DNA from: Raillietiella orientalis
Lineage: Eukaryota
Direction: 5' to 3'
NCBI GenBank assembly: GCA_036172245.1
Contig: JAYWIR010000003.1
Span: 5,642,001 to 5,706,000 of the forward strand
Length of the DNA stretch: 64,000 bases
Shown here: piece after piece, positions 14,092 to 27,366 of the stretch
Layout of the letters: each line of letters starts with the position of its first letter
How positions within the stretch are numbered: position 1 is the stretch's first letter
Notes under the pieces: generated by a model
The model's input: the letters and a program-made list of their open reading frames with translations, nothing else
What the model was told of the DNA's origin: nothing
The model's database searches: none
Position numbers and translations under genes: made by a program

Positions 14092-14631
14092 TTATGTTAA
14101 TTCCATCAGTCTGAAAGTCTCATGTACAGACTCTGGAACAATTCTGTATAATCTCGAACATTCGTTCACCTGCAAATTTTTTTTTGATTGCAGTGGAATA
14201 TCTGAATGCCATCCCTGATTTCACCTCATGAGGTACTTTACAATCAGCAATGCTTTAGTTAAAAAAGTCTAGCTCCTGTTTGCACATTTACCCCATTATG
14301 ACAAGCGCACACCACTGTTTTTGTGTGGTATAACACTTGTTTTTGTTTGGTATGAAGTTTTTTGGAACTGTAACTGGATTTGAAAAAACGACCTGCTCAA
14401 TTGTTTCTACATAAGCACACGATTTCAACATCAGCAACAATTTTATGCACCCAGTCCATACCAGACCACCCATCCAGTGCTTGTTCTGCCACATTTGGAG
14501 ATGTCAGTCGTATCTGATTAATTCATTCCACTACACCCAAAATCTGTTAAATCTTACTTTACCAATTTTACTCTAAGGGTGGGCAATTGCAAGGCTGCAG
14601 CAGTAAACTGATCATGACAGAAGACTTGCAT
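14092..14631 (-). CDS. Putative 3' exons of an unidentified micro-intron gene (probably extends to ~16.2-16.7 kb)
   Basis: Removing GT-AG introns 14514-14562 (49 nt), 14393-14420 (28), 14253-14291 (39) and 14170-14224 (55) yields an open frame MQVFCHDQF...ALDGWSGMDWVHKIV...VHETFRLMELT*. I recognise no homology, and alternative splice choices exist. Confidence 0.4.
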
Positions 14632-16704
14632 CTACGATTTTTTTTCATCTGTGAAGTATGAACACATACAACAAACATTACTAAAAGAACAGATTTTGGG
14701 AAACAAATATGAAGTTACATCGCACTCAAGTCAGTTGTTTAGCTTTTATAAAACTATTCTCCAACATTTGTATCCTGCACTGTGTTTCAAAATGCTGAAT
14801 TGTAACCACAAATATGTTAAAAACACAAACACATAACAGCTGTTCAATGCAGTATTCTTACAAATTGCGGCTGACCTTCACTGCAGCCATAAATGGCATT
14901 CTTCTAAAATAAAAATCAAACTATTTATAGTGTTTCAAAATTGCCTGTTTGAATTTTCTCAAAAAATGGTTCAATTTTTTACGACAAAAACATTGTTTTG
15001 GAAACTGCTTAAAAATAATCACTTCACTCTATTCACTCCCACTCGAGGTTTATTCAAGGTCAATTTTGTTTTCTCCTCCATTCCACAAAAATCACATTTA
15101 TTAAAAACATGTTTTTTGTTGTGGGAGAAAAAAAAATTCCTTCTCTAACTGTACACCATTATGTGTTAAGAAGAAACATATGAACAAAGCAAATAGTTTT
15201 CTATCCTGATGCCCATTTTCAAATAGAAAAATTTCATTCAAAGACAGGCACTTTATGTAGCACATAATGTAGACACCTAATATATCTTCATACTTGCAGG
15301 CAGGCTAGGTCATTTATTCTAGTTTTAAACACAGAATCAGGGTACTCTCCCATTCCAAAATTTGATTTCAGTACTCAATACTTGAACTCTTATCATGGGC
15401 CTCCATAAAATTAGCAATTGAAAACACATGCGAAAAATGAATACAAGTAAACAAATACACTGAATGACAACTAGCTAACATTGATAAAAAATCCAAGATA
15501 ATACTGGAAAAAAAAAAACGAAAAACAGATGTAACATTTTTAAATGAAATGCCATTAGCGATAAAAAGATATGTATTAAACACATTTTAACTGGGCAATG
15601 CAAGGAGAAACATTCTGTCCTTGATCAAAACGCAAACAATTTCTAATTTTTCTATGTCTAGTTTCATGTTTAACACTCTTCTGAATTCTGATCATCCACT
15701 AAATGTTTCAAATTAATACATCAAAACTGTTCAAACTTTTTGTGGTAGTAAATAGATAACATACAATCTTGGAGAACCATTCAAAGTTTGCCAAGGTATC
15801 TGCTTCTCTTTTCTGCTGCTTTTCCTGACAATTGCAGGTATGGCTAAAAGCAAATTACCTTTCAGAAAATCTAACATCATTTACATTGTTCAGTTTTGTT
15901 TCACGTACTTGAGAAGGAATTACTTGATCTTCTTTTACCTATCACTCAATTTATTTCTCAAAACCCCCGCAAATGTATCTATGTGGTGCTACCTGATTTA
16001 TTCATACTTGAAGATAAGCACTTTCTACGTGACAACATACAACATAATGTGACCCATTCATTTAATGCATTCAAGAATCCCCCCAAAACACCATGTCCCT
16101 GGAAAGATTCGGTAGCACAGTAAAGTCTAAAAGCCATACGAACTGCTTCACAAACATTTTCCATGAGGAACTCATGGGAACTCTGATCAGATGTTGTGTG
16201 TAATTTTGAAAGAATTACACTTCACCGGAACTTTGAATCAGTTGCGAGTGACAGAAGTCGGTATAAGAAATACGCACTCATTTCATTGACTGATTTTTGC
16301 CCACTCACATGCGTTTCTGTTTTGCTTATTATGGCAATGCATTGAAGAGAAGCACTCACACTAGATAAAACACGCCATGGTCCAGTGAATGACTGGTTTC
16401 GATAACTACTTTAAAATATGAAACGAATTACCTTCTTCCCTTCAGAAAACAAAAGCAAAAAGGGGAAGAATACGCACACGAGTTTTCAATTGCCAGGCCC
16501 TATGGTAAACCAGGAGATCTTTGGGGATGGCGACGAAGAATGAGTTAAAACAAATCAACTGCATTGAGAAGGCGATGAAACTCCGTGATGGAGTGCCATG
16601 TTCAGTCCCGACTTTTCCAAGTCCTTCCACGGAAACTGCAAGGCAGTTGCCTAGGAAACCCAACTTCCCCATTTTGCAGTCGACACCACACTTGAAAAAA
16701 AAAA

Positions 16705-16708
<4 letters not shown>

Positions 16709-16741
<33 letters not shown>

Positions 16742-16743
16742 AC
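16709..16743. repeat. (CA)n microsatellite after a poly-A tract
   Basis: Seen directly in the sequence. Confidence 0.95.
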
Positions 16744-17681
16744 AGCAAACCAACGAATGCAGAAATCGGGGATTACGAGCCAAATTCGGCACTATTTTAA
16801 AACAGTGCAACTCACATATCTAATGGAGATCGACCACAACCACGTATTAATTCCGTACAAGGCAATGTACAAATGATTCACACACCCTGCAAGGTTTCCG
16901 TGCAGAATGTATACGCATCCTCAAATTCCTCCTTTGTTTTCAAACGGCTATGATATATTCGAACGTAAGCAGCACGAACTGCGTTATTCGATGTGCATTC
17001 GCCATTTTAGCTGGTGTGGTTAGTTGCTATCCTGGACCATAAGTGAATCTGTTATAGAATCATTGTGGTATTTTTTTTCTGTGATATATTTTATCTGTAA
17101 ATATTATGCATTGGAAGTATATGTGGAAATGCACGCGAAGTCAAGCTATAAACAAAGGTATTGTTTTTTGTCGCGTGAGGGGCATGCGGTATTGCCTATT
17201 TTTGTAAATAATGTGCGCACCTCATTGCCGGATGTGGTTGAATTTTTTAATGTTTATTCTTTTATGTACGACAAGTACCTCATTGCCATTTTTTATTGAG
17301 CACACCATGTGATGGGTTTACACTCTGCTGCTTGTTTAGGACTGCTTGTTTAGTTTTCAAATTCACTATGTTGGTATAAATAAAGATATTTTTTAACATA
17401 TGAATGTCTCAAGTTTTTTGAAAATATTACAGTATGGAGCGCAGCTTTATTCATATGATCGTTAAATATAACGTCTTAAAAACTATTGTTTAATGGCATC
17501 ATTTGGGTTTCATTGCGAAGGCCTTATCATGTTTTTCTTTTAGTTTTATGTTCCTGGTATTTCAAGAAAATTGAAGATCCATGCCTCAGTGTATTTGTTA
17601 ATCATTTGCTTAGAAATGTAGTCTGATGGACAACCCTCCATGTTTTTGCCTCTTTTTCTGAGGCTATGTTTGTTTGGGATC

Positions 17682-20600
17682 ATGGCTCCAGCACTTGCAG
17701 AGGCCAGTCAAACCCAGGGGTTACGACTTCCACATTCCCCACCATCAGCCAGTGTCTCAGAGTGTATTTCTCATCCTTTATCTATAAATGACACAGTTTG
17801 TCCATGTGCTGAGTTGACTAATATCACGAAAGTAATAAATTCTAATAATACACAGAATTTCTGGTTTCCTGTGGATTCAGTGCATCCTACCATTCAATCG
17901 GAAAAGTCCAATTCTCCAATAAAGTCTGCTAAAGTGACCCTCTGTGATAAGTATCACAGAGTGGGACAACTTTTGCATCCTTGTGAAATAAGTTTTGATG
18001 GTTCAAAAGTTCCAATACAAAATAAACCGCAAGTTTTTTGTAATTGGAAGAAAGACAGAATTTCCAAAGTTTTAACTTCATTAGCTATGAATCAGTCTCA
18101 CTCAGGTTTTGTGAGTTCTCCCCTTAATAATGTTTGTAATCCGCATAAAGAGTATATGTATAATTGGGAAGGAATAAAAATACAGTTTTTAAATTTGAAA
18201 AACAAACAAGAAGAATTAAAACTTAAAAGTGATAAAATCTTGCAGAAATTATGGTTTCTGCAGGCACAAGGTTTGATACAACATGGAATCAGCCAAATCA
18301 ATCAGTTTATGGCCAAGTCAGAAAAGGATGATCTTATATCCTCTACATCTATGCAGCAAGCTTCAAAAGAATTGTTTGTACGTGTAAAGCATGTTTCTGC
18401 TGAAATAGATTCAGATGATACTGCTAGCAGTTCTGATGAAGAATTTATGTCTACATTTCCTAAGGTTTCTAGAATGCCGAAACCAGATGTGCAGTAAGCA
18501 TTGATTGTATTTTTTGTGTGGGTGAGCTTGTGTTTAAGTAATGCTTATATTATTTTAAATTTTCTATTTGTGGAAACTATGCATGTGATACAGGTTTCAG
18601 AAATTATGTTTCATTTGTTGCGTATGTCTCGAGTATTGCAGTGAGCTTTAATGCAGCATATTATCAATCAGTCATGCATGTATTCTAAAGACATCTATGT
18701 TTAGTATCTCGTTGATATCGTTATTTCTTTGAAGCATTTTTCTTTAAAAAAAAAAAAAAAAAAAAAAGTATCTGGATTTTAAAATGAAAATGGGCATATT
18801 TTCAGCCCTTTTTAATGCGTCCATATTCTAAGTTTGACATTCTGTAAATCATTTAGATGTGGTTTATTTTTATCTGTAACATTTTGATTGATGGTAAATG
18901 CAAAACATATCGAAATAGTAGTTTTTAAATTTGTTAGAAAGTGTAATGTAGTTCTTTTGTGTGTGTTGAGTTCTTAAACTGATGGGAATTATTTGAAGAA
19001 ATCGATTTTTGCATAGTTGTAAGCAAGGAAATCGAAAGATCAGAAAAAAAGCAACTAGTACTTAATTGTGTCTCATGTTTAATCACTGAATCCAAGTGTG
19101 AAATCTAGTGTGTTGTCCTCTGCTGTGGTAGATAGAACATACATCTGTATTTTGTTTACTTGTGTGTTCATAAAGAATTGAAAACACATAGCAGCTCGCA
19201 AAGTGACAGCTGTATATAGATGTTCGTGCTGTTTTATTAATTCATAGTACATTCAGAAGTGCAGTCAGTTGTGAAATACTCAAATTGAAATATATAAATC
19301 GAATCCCTAATATGGAATAAAAAAAGATGGCATCTTCAATAACAGATAAAGTATGCAGTATTTAATAAAGTATGCACTTGTGTGTGGCTGCTAATCAGTT
19401 TCATGCATGCAAAGCCAGGAAATAAAAACACAAATAGTGGATAAAAATAACATTTGAATACATGCCCTTGAGGTATGGATATGTAAATCATAGTTCTGGT
19501 TGTTCATAGTGAGTTATTAGTCTTATAGAAAGGAGAAAAAAAAAGTAAAAATGTACGTACAGTGTGAGACAAGGCAAACTTATGTTACCTTCAAAATCAA
19601 ATTAATAAATATGAAAATATCTAAGACTCCATGTCAGAGATTAGAAATCTAAATCATTGAACAGCAGTTTAGGAGCAGAAGGCAAGAGATGGCTATCAGT
19701 AAGAGGAGCATTCCAAATCAATTCTAAAATAAAACTGTGTAAATAAAATGTTGTCTTTGAAGTAGAATTAGTGTTTTTTAATTAATTAGCTAATGGCCAA
19801 AAGAATACCAGTAATAGGTATATGGGTTAATTGTTCCTTTCCAAAACCAGAGTCTTTTTATCATGTGCTCTGTGAAAAAGCTGTGATCTTAATTGATGGT
19901 CTTGAAGCAATAAAACAGCCTTGAATTAAGTAATTCCACTTTTTGACAAATTAAAATCACACCATTGATTAGATTTAGGTGACGTTTTCACCCAGATTTT
20001 TTTCTTCATGATAAGTTGAGAATATTTTGGAGCTGAATATTTTTCTCCATTTCTTAGCAATTTCTTTATTCCATCACTATCCATTAGTGCATGTAACTTG
20101 AAATATCTCATAGTAACTCTGAATGTCTACCTGCTGCATACAAAAGTAAGTTGTTTCAATTGCTACCATTCAACATGAATACGTAAAAATATAGTGAACA
20201 AATCTGTGGATTGTTTGGCATGTAAGGTGCCTTATTAGAGGTCGGATCTTTTAGGAAATATAACCAGATAATCTACAAACATATAGTAAGCCGAAAATGC
20301 AAGTGGTGTAGACCCACTCATTCGTTAGTCTCCGCAAATTTCTTTGGTAGTTACCAGTTGTGAATCCAGCTCATGTGCAGTGGATTGGGCCAGGATGCAG
20401 AACGTGCAAAGCACATGCTTGCATGTGAAATTCAAATTACGAGACCTTATTACTGTCGTGGTTTTCCCTGCCGTCGTAGACTAGTCTCCACGGAAAAAGT
20501 AATTGTGGTTTGCAAGTATGCTTACCTTGCATCAAAATGGAAGAGTAAATCGAGCAACCCGTGGGTCATTCTTAGTTTGGTTCGAGACCATCTTAACAAA

Positions 20601-23600
20601 CGTTCACTACTTCAAGCTTAAATCAGCATATATTTGAGGTTCATCGATCGAAATTTTTTCCCGTTTGCCACCAATCAGTGCCTCGTTGTTTGGACTTTTC
20701 GGTGTCACTGCATGTCCCCTTCAGTGTACGATTTCGAATTCGGTGTTTCAGATAAAGAATGGTTTGTTGCCCTCGTGACACCATGGATGCATGGGGTCTT
20801 TGTTTATTCTGCGGTCTCCAGAGACCCGGTTTCGGCGTACATCGTTAAGTGGTAGCCCCGAATTTTAAGGGTGCTTACATTCGTTTGGGTTTCGTAAGGA
20901 AATCGGGTGCTCAGGCTTTCAGTCAGCCGGAGAGAGACGGGGGAACTATAGTCACTTACAAAGTAATACAAAATAGATTTGGTGAAAATGAAGGTGTGGT
21001 TGGCACACACACCGCACTGCTTTGGACGTTTTGATAGCATTTCCGATGTACTTTATTGTGTTGCTGTTCAATCCTTTGAGGGTGTTTGCAAACACCGACT
21101 GTGCGCTTGCCATCCTCGTACGTTTTTTTTTTTTTTTTTTTTTTTTTTCCATGCAGCAGAAATTTTTGAATGCTTTCGTCGCGTGCCAAGCGGAATGATT
21201 TTGCGGCGCTTTTCCAATAACGCGTGCACGAGAGCGTGTGTGCACGTATTCACCGATGCTCGTGTAGTGGTCATAAAGCTATCATTCAGTGTTGCCGCCG
21301 TAATTCCGATCGCCTGCGGGCGTCCAACACCACCTTACGCGAAGCGGTTTCGTCACACGATAACTTTATTTTCAAGGAAAGCTCTTGCCCTCGGCTCGAG
21401 GAGAAGCGAACCGCAGCAGCATTAGTACGACTTGGGTTTCGGATAAGACGGGGATGGGAGTGGCGAAGATGGAGACGTCGCTTCGAAAATCCTGTACCGT
21501 ACACTGCACCTTCGGAAGCGGCAAGCCGCTCTTCCGAGTGTGGCAAAGCAGACTCGGTTTGAGGGTTCTTCTCAGAATCAGGAGGCTCGCTTGGCCGCCT
21601 AGAAGCTGGACTGGACCCCTTGACTGCTTGCTTGAAAGCAAACTGCGAATGCTTCCTCTTCAGTGTGCTGCGTTTAAGGTTTATGGGAGTCGGTAGTGTT
21701 TTGATTAGAAGCCATCGGGGGGGGTGGGGGGGCTGATAATTGTGCCGTGATGTGTTTCGTTGAATTTTCACACGTAAACGTTAACCTACTTTGGAAATAA
21801 CGAGGATAATTGTTCCAAAATCGACTCGTTTTGTTTCCAACACTGAGGAATTGTGGGAATCGTCGAAGAATATTAGAATGGAAAGGTGTTAGCCTGTTGT
21901 TGAGATCAACGTCAAAAAGATGAATTTGAGATGGCTTTTTTTCCTGTTCATTTCTCACGGGCTTTCTTTGAAAAGTTGGATTCAGTATCTCGTGTTCACA
22001 TTTGCGTTCTTGGTTTTTTTTTTTTTTTTTTTTTCAAATAGGAAAAAAAGGGAAACATTTTCCGAATGTTTGTGTCAGTTCTCACGCGATACGTTCGGCA
22101 TTTTTGTTAAGGGATGTTTTTAAATTTTTTTTTGTTTCGACGTGACCACTCTCGGGCCCGGCGGCACCCAGCAACAACCTCCGCGAGCATCGCGCGCGTC
22201 CCCGTGGAACCCGGTTGACGTCCCCGGAAGGGGTCGAACCGTCCTTTTCGCGGTCGCTCGTGTAAACCGGCTCCCAAGACATAAGAGGAACTTTCCGGAT
22301 GTAAATGGTCGGCTTCTCAACATTCAGTCAGCACCGTACACATGTATAGGATGTGTGTACGTAGGCACGATTACTATTCACGGGGTGCTTCAAAGACTTG
22401 GGAATTGCATTCCACGTCAAACGAAACTGCCGAGCACACGCCCATGCGATCTTCCTTTGGTTTTTGTGTCTTTCGAGATTCCTGTCGAGCAGAGAATCGG
22501 GCAGAGAAGAAGAGGAAACACACGCTCAAACAGCATTACTGGCCTTTCAGCTTTGTTTCACGGCGTGCTTTGGATTCTTTCGGGGCCTCCCTTCCTTATT
22601 CAATTTCCAGGACATACTGAAAATTAGCCAACGGCAGAGTTATTATGCAACGGGAGTTTTTCTCGCTTCTTGTTTTCCCTGCGTGAAGTTCAGTTAATTT
22701 GCACTCGAACGTATGCAGCGAAGGATCAAACTACTCACATGTCACATACGAATATCCTGCGATGAATTTTCAGGAAAAAAAAGTGTTTTGGAGTAAATAA
22801 ATGTATGTGTGTAGTTTCCGTAACGAGTGCTTTTTTTTTTTCTTCTTCTTCTTTTTCTTTTTGGTGCAAGCTTCCTCTTTGCTGAATGTACAGAGTTTTG
22901 TTGACAGTACGCTAAAAGATGATGATTGGACTGATGTGAAAAAGCTCTCCGTAATGAACCGTGCACGAAATCCGTTACTGTACGGACCGTCTTCGGAAAA
23001 TACACAAAACCTAATCATCTGTAGAAATGAAATGCTAGCAGATACGCGGGCATCTTTTCCTCAGCCCTACGAGCATTCTTTTGTTGTTCCCTGATTTGCG
23101 GTGTTTTCCTCGTGAGCAGCCTGCGCGTCGAGAGTGGTCATCTGTGATCGCGGTTTACCCTTTGAAGGTTTCCCCTGTGTGCTGGTAGCAAATGAACAAC
23201 TGTTTTTTTTTTTTCTTGTCCTCATCCCCTTCGTACTCGATCTTCGTTTCCCTTCGCCGGCTCGTCCTCCCAGTAAAGTCCCGATTTGCAGCCAACCTCT
23301 TCGGTTTGGCTTCGGATCTTTTTCTCGTTGCCACGGGAGATCTCCTCCCGATCTCCTCGTCATGCTTCGCGCAGGTTTCTCTCCGGCACTTGGGATTCCT
23401 CCCTTGCAAAAATGCATGCGAGAAGTTTCGCGATTGTTTTTCGGGATGTTTTTTGTTTTTTTTTTTCTGAAATTGCGTATACAAAAAACGAATTCGTGTT
23501 TCTGATGATTGCCTGTTTTCAGCAGCATGGCGAATCAGCACTTTTTGTGTTTGGAGAAGATCCGTGCATTATACCTGTAATTGAGTCTTGAATGTAATCC

Positions 23601-26600
23601 AATGATTGAAATCACGTAATCTCATGTCCTTCTTTTTCTTTTTCTTTTTTTTCCCTTCCCCTCCAAACTTCATGGTAAATCAAATTTACACACCACCATC
23701 ATTCTCTATGCAATTGTGCGGTGCAGTGCGGTTTGAATTTTAAAGTTGTGATATGGTTATTGAAAATCTTGCCCTCCTAAATTGGTCAGTAACCATTTTT
23801 TTTTTTCTCTCTCTCTTCCCCAAGGAACTTTCCTAAAGCATTGACCAAATGGATAGAAGAACGCTCTGCCATTGCTTACCGATGGACGTGGCTGCGGTCC
23901 GAAATTCTGGATTTGGAATACAAAGTGAAGAAGTATAAAGAATTACAAAGGTAATTGGCGGTATCCCGAATTTGCGTGGTTGAGGATGAAAGAAATTTAA
24001 GTTGCGATGTGCACTTCTCGATGTATTTTAACGTACCATTGGAAAGCAGCGCAGGCAAAAAATACTCTCCATTTAATTATGAATGGAAGAATTGCGGATG
24101 CCGATTTTCCAGAGGCATTTGGAAATGCCCTTATGACTCACCTCTCCCTTTTCTTTTTTTTTTTTCTTTCGTACCACTCGTCCATGATTTTTCGAGTGCT
24201 GCTTATTTATCCGTGTTTGATTTTTGATTAAACTTTCCGCATTTTTAGCTATTTGAAGGGAACTGAGGGATCGCCTTAATCAAAGGAGCGTTCCTTGAAC
24301 AAAGCACAACGAATCTTTCCTGATGTACGTAAACATTCACACACGTGTTGCCTCTTTCCCTTTCATCTGTACACGAGCACATTCATCCAAGACGACCTTT
24401 TCACACATCAGTATCTGAATCCAAAAGCTGGCAAAGTATTATTTCCCCGCCCGAATAGAGTTGTGGTAATATGCGCTGTTGTATTCATGTGAACACTCCT
24501 GATGTATATACACAAAACGTTTGCGTTTCGTACAGATTTCGTTTTTTTCAAGAACCGTGTAGAGAGAACAAAAGTGAGGAAAAAGAAGTTTCACCGCAAA
24601 CGTTGGCGGTACAGATCGATGTGCATCTTCGGTGACGATCACAGTAAGGTTCATCAGTGTGTGCCGTGTACAAGTTTTACAAGTACTTCGAAAGTGGTCG
24701 CATCCCGCATTGCTTTACGCAACACGAAATGTGTTTTTACGAGTACTCGGGAGATGAGTTGAAACTCTTCAGGTTGAACAGTTTGGTTTTATGACCTCGG
24801 CTTGGAATGGGAAGAGGGAAAAGGTGTGAACGTACACGTTTGCTAGCTGTACATTGCATCTATTTTTGCCTTGGTTCCTTTTTTCATTGCAGTACATATT
24901 TGTAAAAAAAAAAAAAAAAAAAACTGTCGCAATATGGAGAAATATAGTAAATAGCGCTAGAACGGGGCAGAATTATGTCATTACAGGAGAGAGGGGGGGG
25001 GAGGTAATCTGTTAGTCATTCGAAAATTGCGTACAGACGTGAGAGCGAAGAACTCATCTGTTATCGATTACAAGTGGAAGCATTAAATGCCAATAATCCG
25101 AGTATTATGTATTTTCTTTGTAATTTCCTCATTGTCCCTCGAAATTCCCAATTATAGCTTCTCAGTGTGATTTTGTTTCCTTTGGAGTTGTAAGGCTTGG
25201 AATGAGCACTCATGGGTCACATTTGGTTATCTATCGTGAATGTAGAGGTTCCGGAATTCAAAGGTACAGATGAGAGGAAGGAAATGAGGAAAGAATCATT
25301 CTTAAATATTACAAAGTGACTGAGGCGTACGCTAACTGTAACACAAAGTTTATGATTCCTTTTTTTTTTTGTGTGTGTGTGTGGGGGGGGGAGGAGGGTA
25401 CTGGTGGATAAATGCTTTCAAAGTTTCGGTTTATTATACCGAAAAGTTTCCTTAAAAGTTAAAAGGCTATCGATGACTTTTGCACAGTGATGTAAACAGA
25501 AATCAGCTGCTATTGTAAGGAGCATTTCGAATGGAAGCTTAATTGAATCTTAAAAGTCGGTGGAAGATGCACAGGAAAATTAGATAATGTGCTATTGATC
25601 GGCAAAAATCGAGTAATGCTTTTCGCATGTGAAGTGCCTGCCCGCAGTATGTGTGATGAATTGAGTACTCCAACGTTTGCACATGAATAAGCAATGCAGA
25701 AAGCGTTGCTTTGCCATTTCTGCGAGTTGGCCTCGTGTGTGTGTGTGTGTGTGTGTGCGCGCGCACGCACACACACACATTGAATTGAATGCTCTCTTGC
25801 TGAATGACAATTCATTCCAAAATTACATGACATATATTGAATTCAATAGAAAAAAGGAGAATGCAAGAACGTAATTCACTGTTTTTCTTGTCAGGCAATT
25901 ACTTACCAGTAAAAAGCTCATAGATGGAGCAGATAATTCTAAACATGGGGACTCATTAGCCGAACACTCCTCAGATACGAAAAACGGAAGTCCAAGCTCG
26001 TATAATGGCTACCAGTTTCAAGCTTTTGTGTCATCGTGGAAGCAGGAGGAATCTCCAAGAAAAGAATCTTCAGAAGACGTAACTTGTGTTTCTAGAAGAG
26101 TGCTTCCACTTGCTAGTATTCGAAAACGCAAATTGCTCATCTTCCCCAACTCTTGTCGATTTTGTAACAAAATAGGCGGTCGATTCCATACTTGCACTCA
26201 TGCATCACAGTTTCCAGAATCAGAAAGAGTACCTTCCCTCAAACGAATCGCTCCGTTTAATCCCGAATATCATCCTGTACTCTCATTTCCAGAAGGTAAG
26301 AAATTAATGAAGGAACAGGTTGGTGCCATATATTTGGCATGCTAGACGTACCCATGTCTGTTCGATTGAGCAATTTATTGAATGATCTGCCAATCTTGTC
26401 CCGTGGATCGAGACATGGATTGGGGAAAAAAGGGAACAGAGACAGTCCCAGTAGCAATAAAGATGGTTTTAGAACTTCAAATAAACAAGACGAACAGTCT
26501 AAAGCTAGAGAAAGAAGTCGGACCGGTAGAAAAACCAGAAAAAGTATCAGTACTTCAGAATATAGTAAGTTGTCGATTCGTGATTGACTAATCGTTTCAC

Positions 26601-27366
26601 TCTTTCGCTTCAGGATTCGCTCGGAAGTACGAAGTGGATGAGGACCGTCGGCCCTGGCAAATCTGTGATCGAGGACGGCATTGGGATATGAAAAGGCCTA
26701 TGCAGGAATACTTCAGGTGGGGCCTTATGATTGGCCCCAAAGACCTTCTTTACTCCCCTTTGCAGGAAAAAGCGCGTTGAGACTTCTTTCGATATTGACA
26801 ACGTTGTCATCCCTTACGGCGTCGTGTGTACACCCCGTGTAGAGCACTCAGTGTGCAAGGAGATTCCAACACCAGGCTGGCGGCAAATTTCGGATCCCGA
26901 ACCTCTTCCCGCTTCATCTAGTCACTCCGATTGCGAGGAAGGGATGAGCGACACCGCATTTCTGATGCGGCACGCGCGCTACGAACTGGAAGAGAAACAG
27001 AAGTTTGGCACGTCCCTGGTGTCCAACAAGAGAAGTCGACCGCGTAGGACAGATGTTACAGGTCCAGGTTCACCTGACACTCTGTCCCCTTACGGAACTG
27101 ATCCCTATACTCCTTCTGATAGTCCACTTACCTCTCCTCCACCAACTCCCATTCCAGACATTTGTTTTTGTCCAGTATCGAAAGAACGGCGAAGGCGCAA
27201 CACTTCTTCACATTCATCTAGAAAAGGACCGGATAGGTCACGCAGCTCAACTCCGCATTTTGTTGATGATGAGTTTGAAAGTCTTAGTCCTTACAAACAA
27301 CGGGTGTTTCCTTTACTCGAAGATCCTGAAAAAGAAGACTCCTTTATCTGGAGGAATAGTCCTTAA
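17682..27366 (+). CDS. KANSL1: KAT8 regulatory NSL complex subunit 1 (NSL1), ~753 aa, 6 coding exons
   Basis: Exons 17682-18493, 23825-23950, 25895-26295, 26346-26564, 26614-26716 and 26766-27366 are all GT-AG and phase-consistent (2262 nt). Motifs: MAPALAE start, DSDDTASSS, ERSAIAYRWTWL..I.DLEY, YHPVLSFP.DVP, and PEHE domain SFDIDNVVIP...EIPTPGWR...SD.AF..RH..YE..E. An upstream in-frame ATG at 17640 is also possible. Confidence 0.92.
25734..25780. repeat. (TG)n-(GC)n-(CA)n self-complementary alternating purine/pyrimidine tract
   Basis: Seen directly, in KANSL1 intron 2. Confidence 0.9.

Noticed and set aside
21286..21771. 161-aa antisense ORF in KANSL1 intron 1
   Set aside because: Non-ATG start and no recognisable domain; expected by chance in GC-rich sequence.
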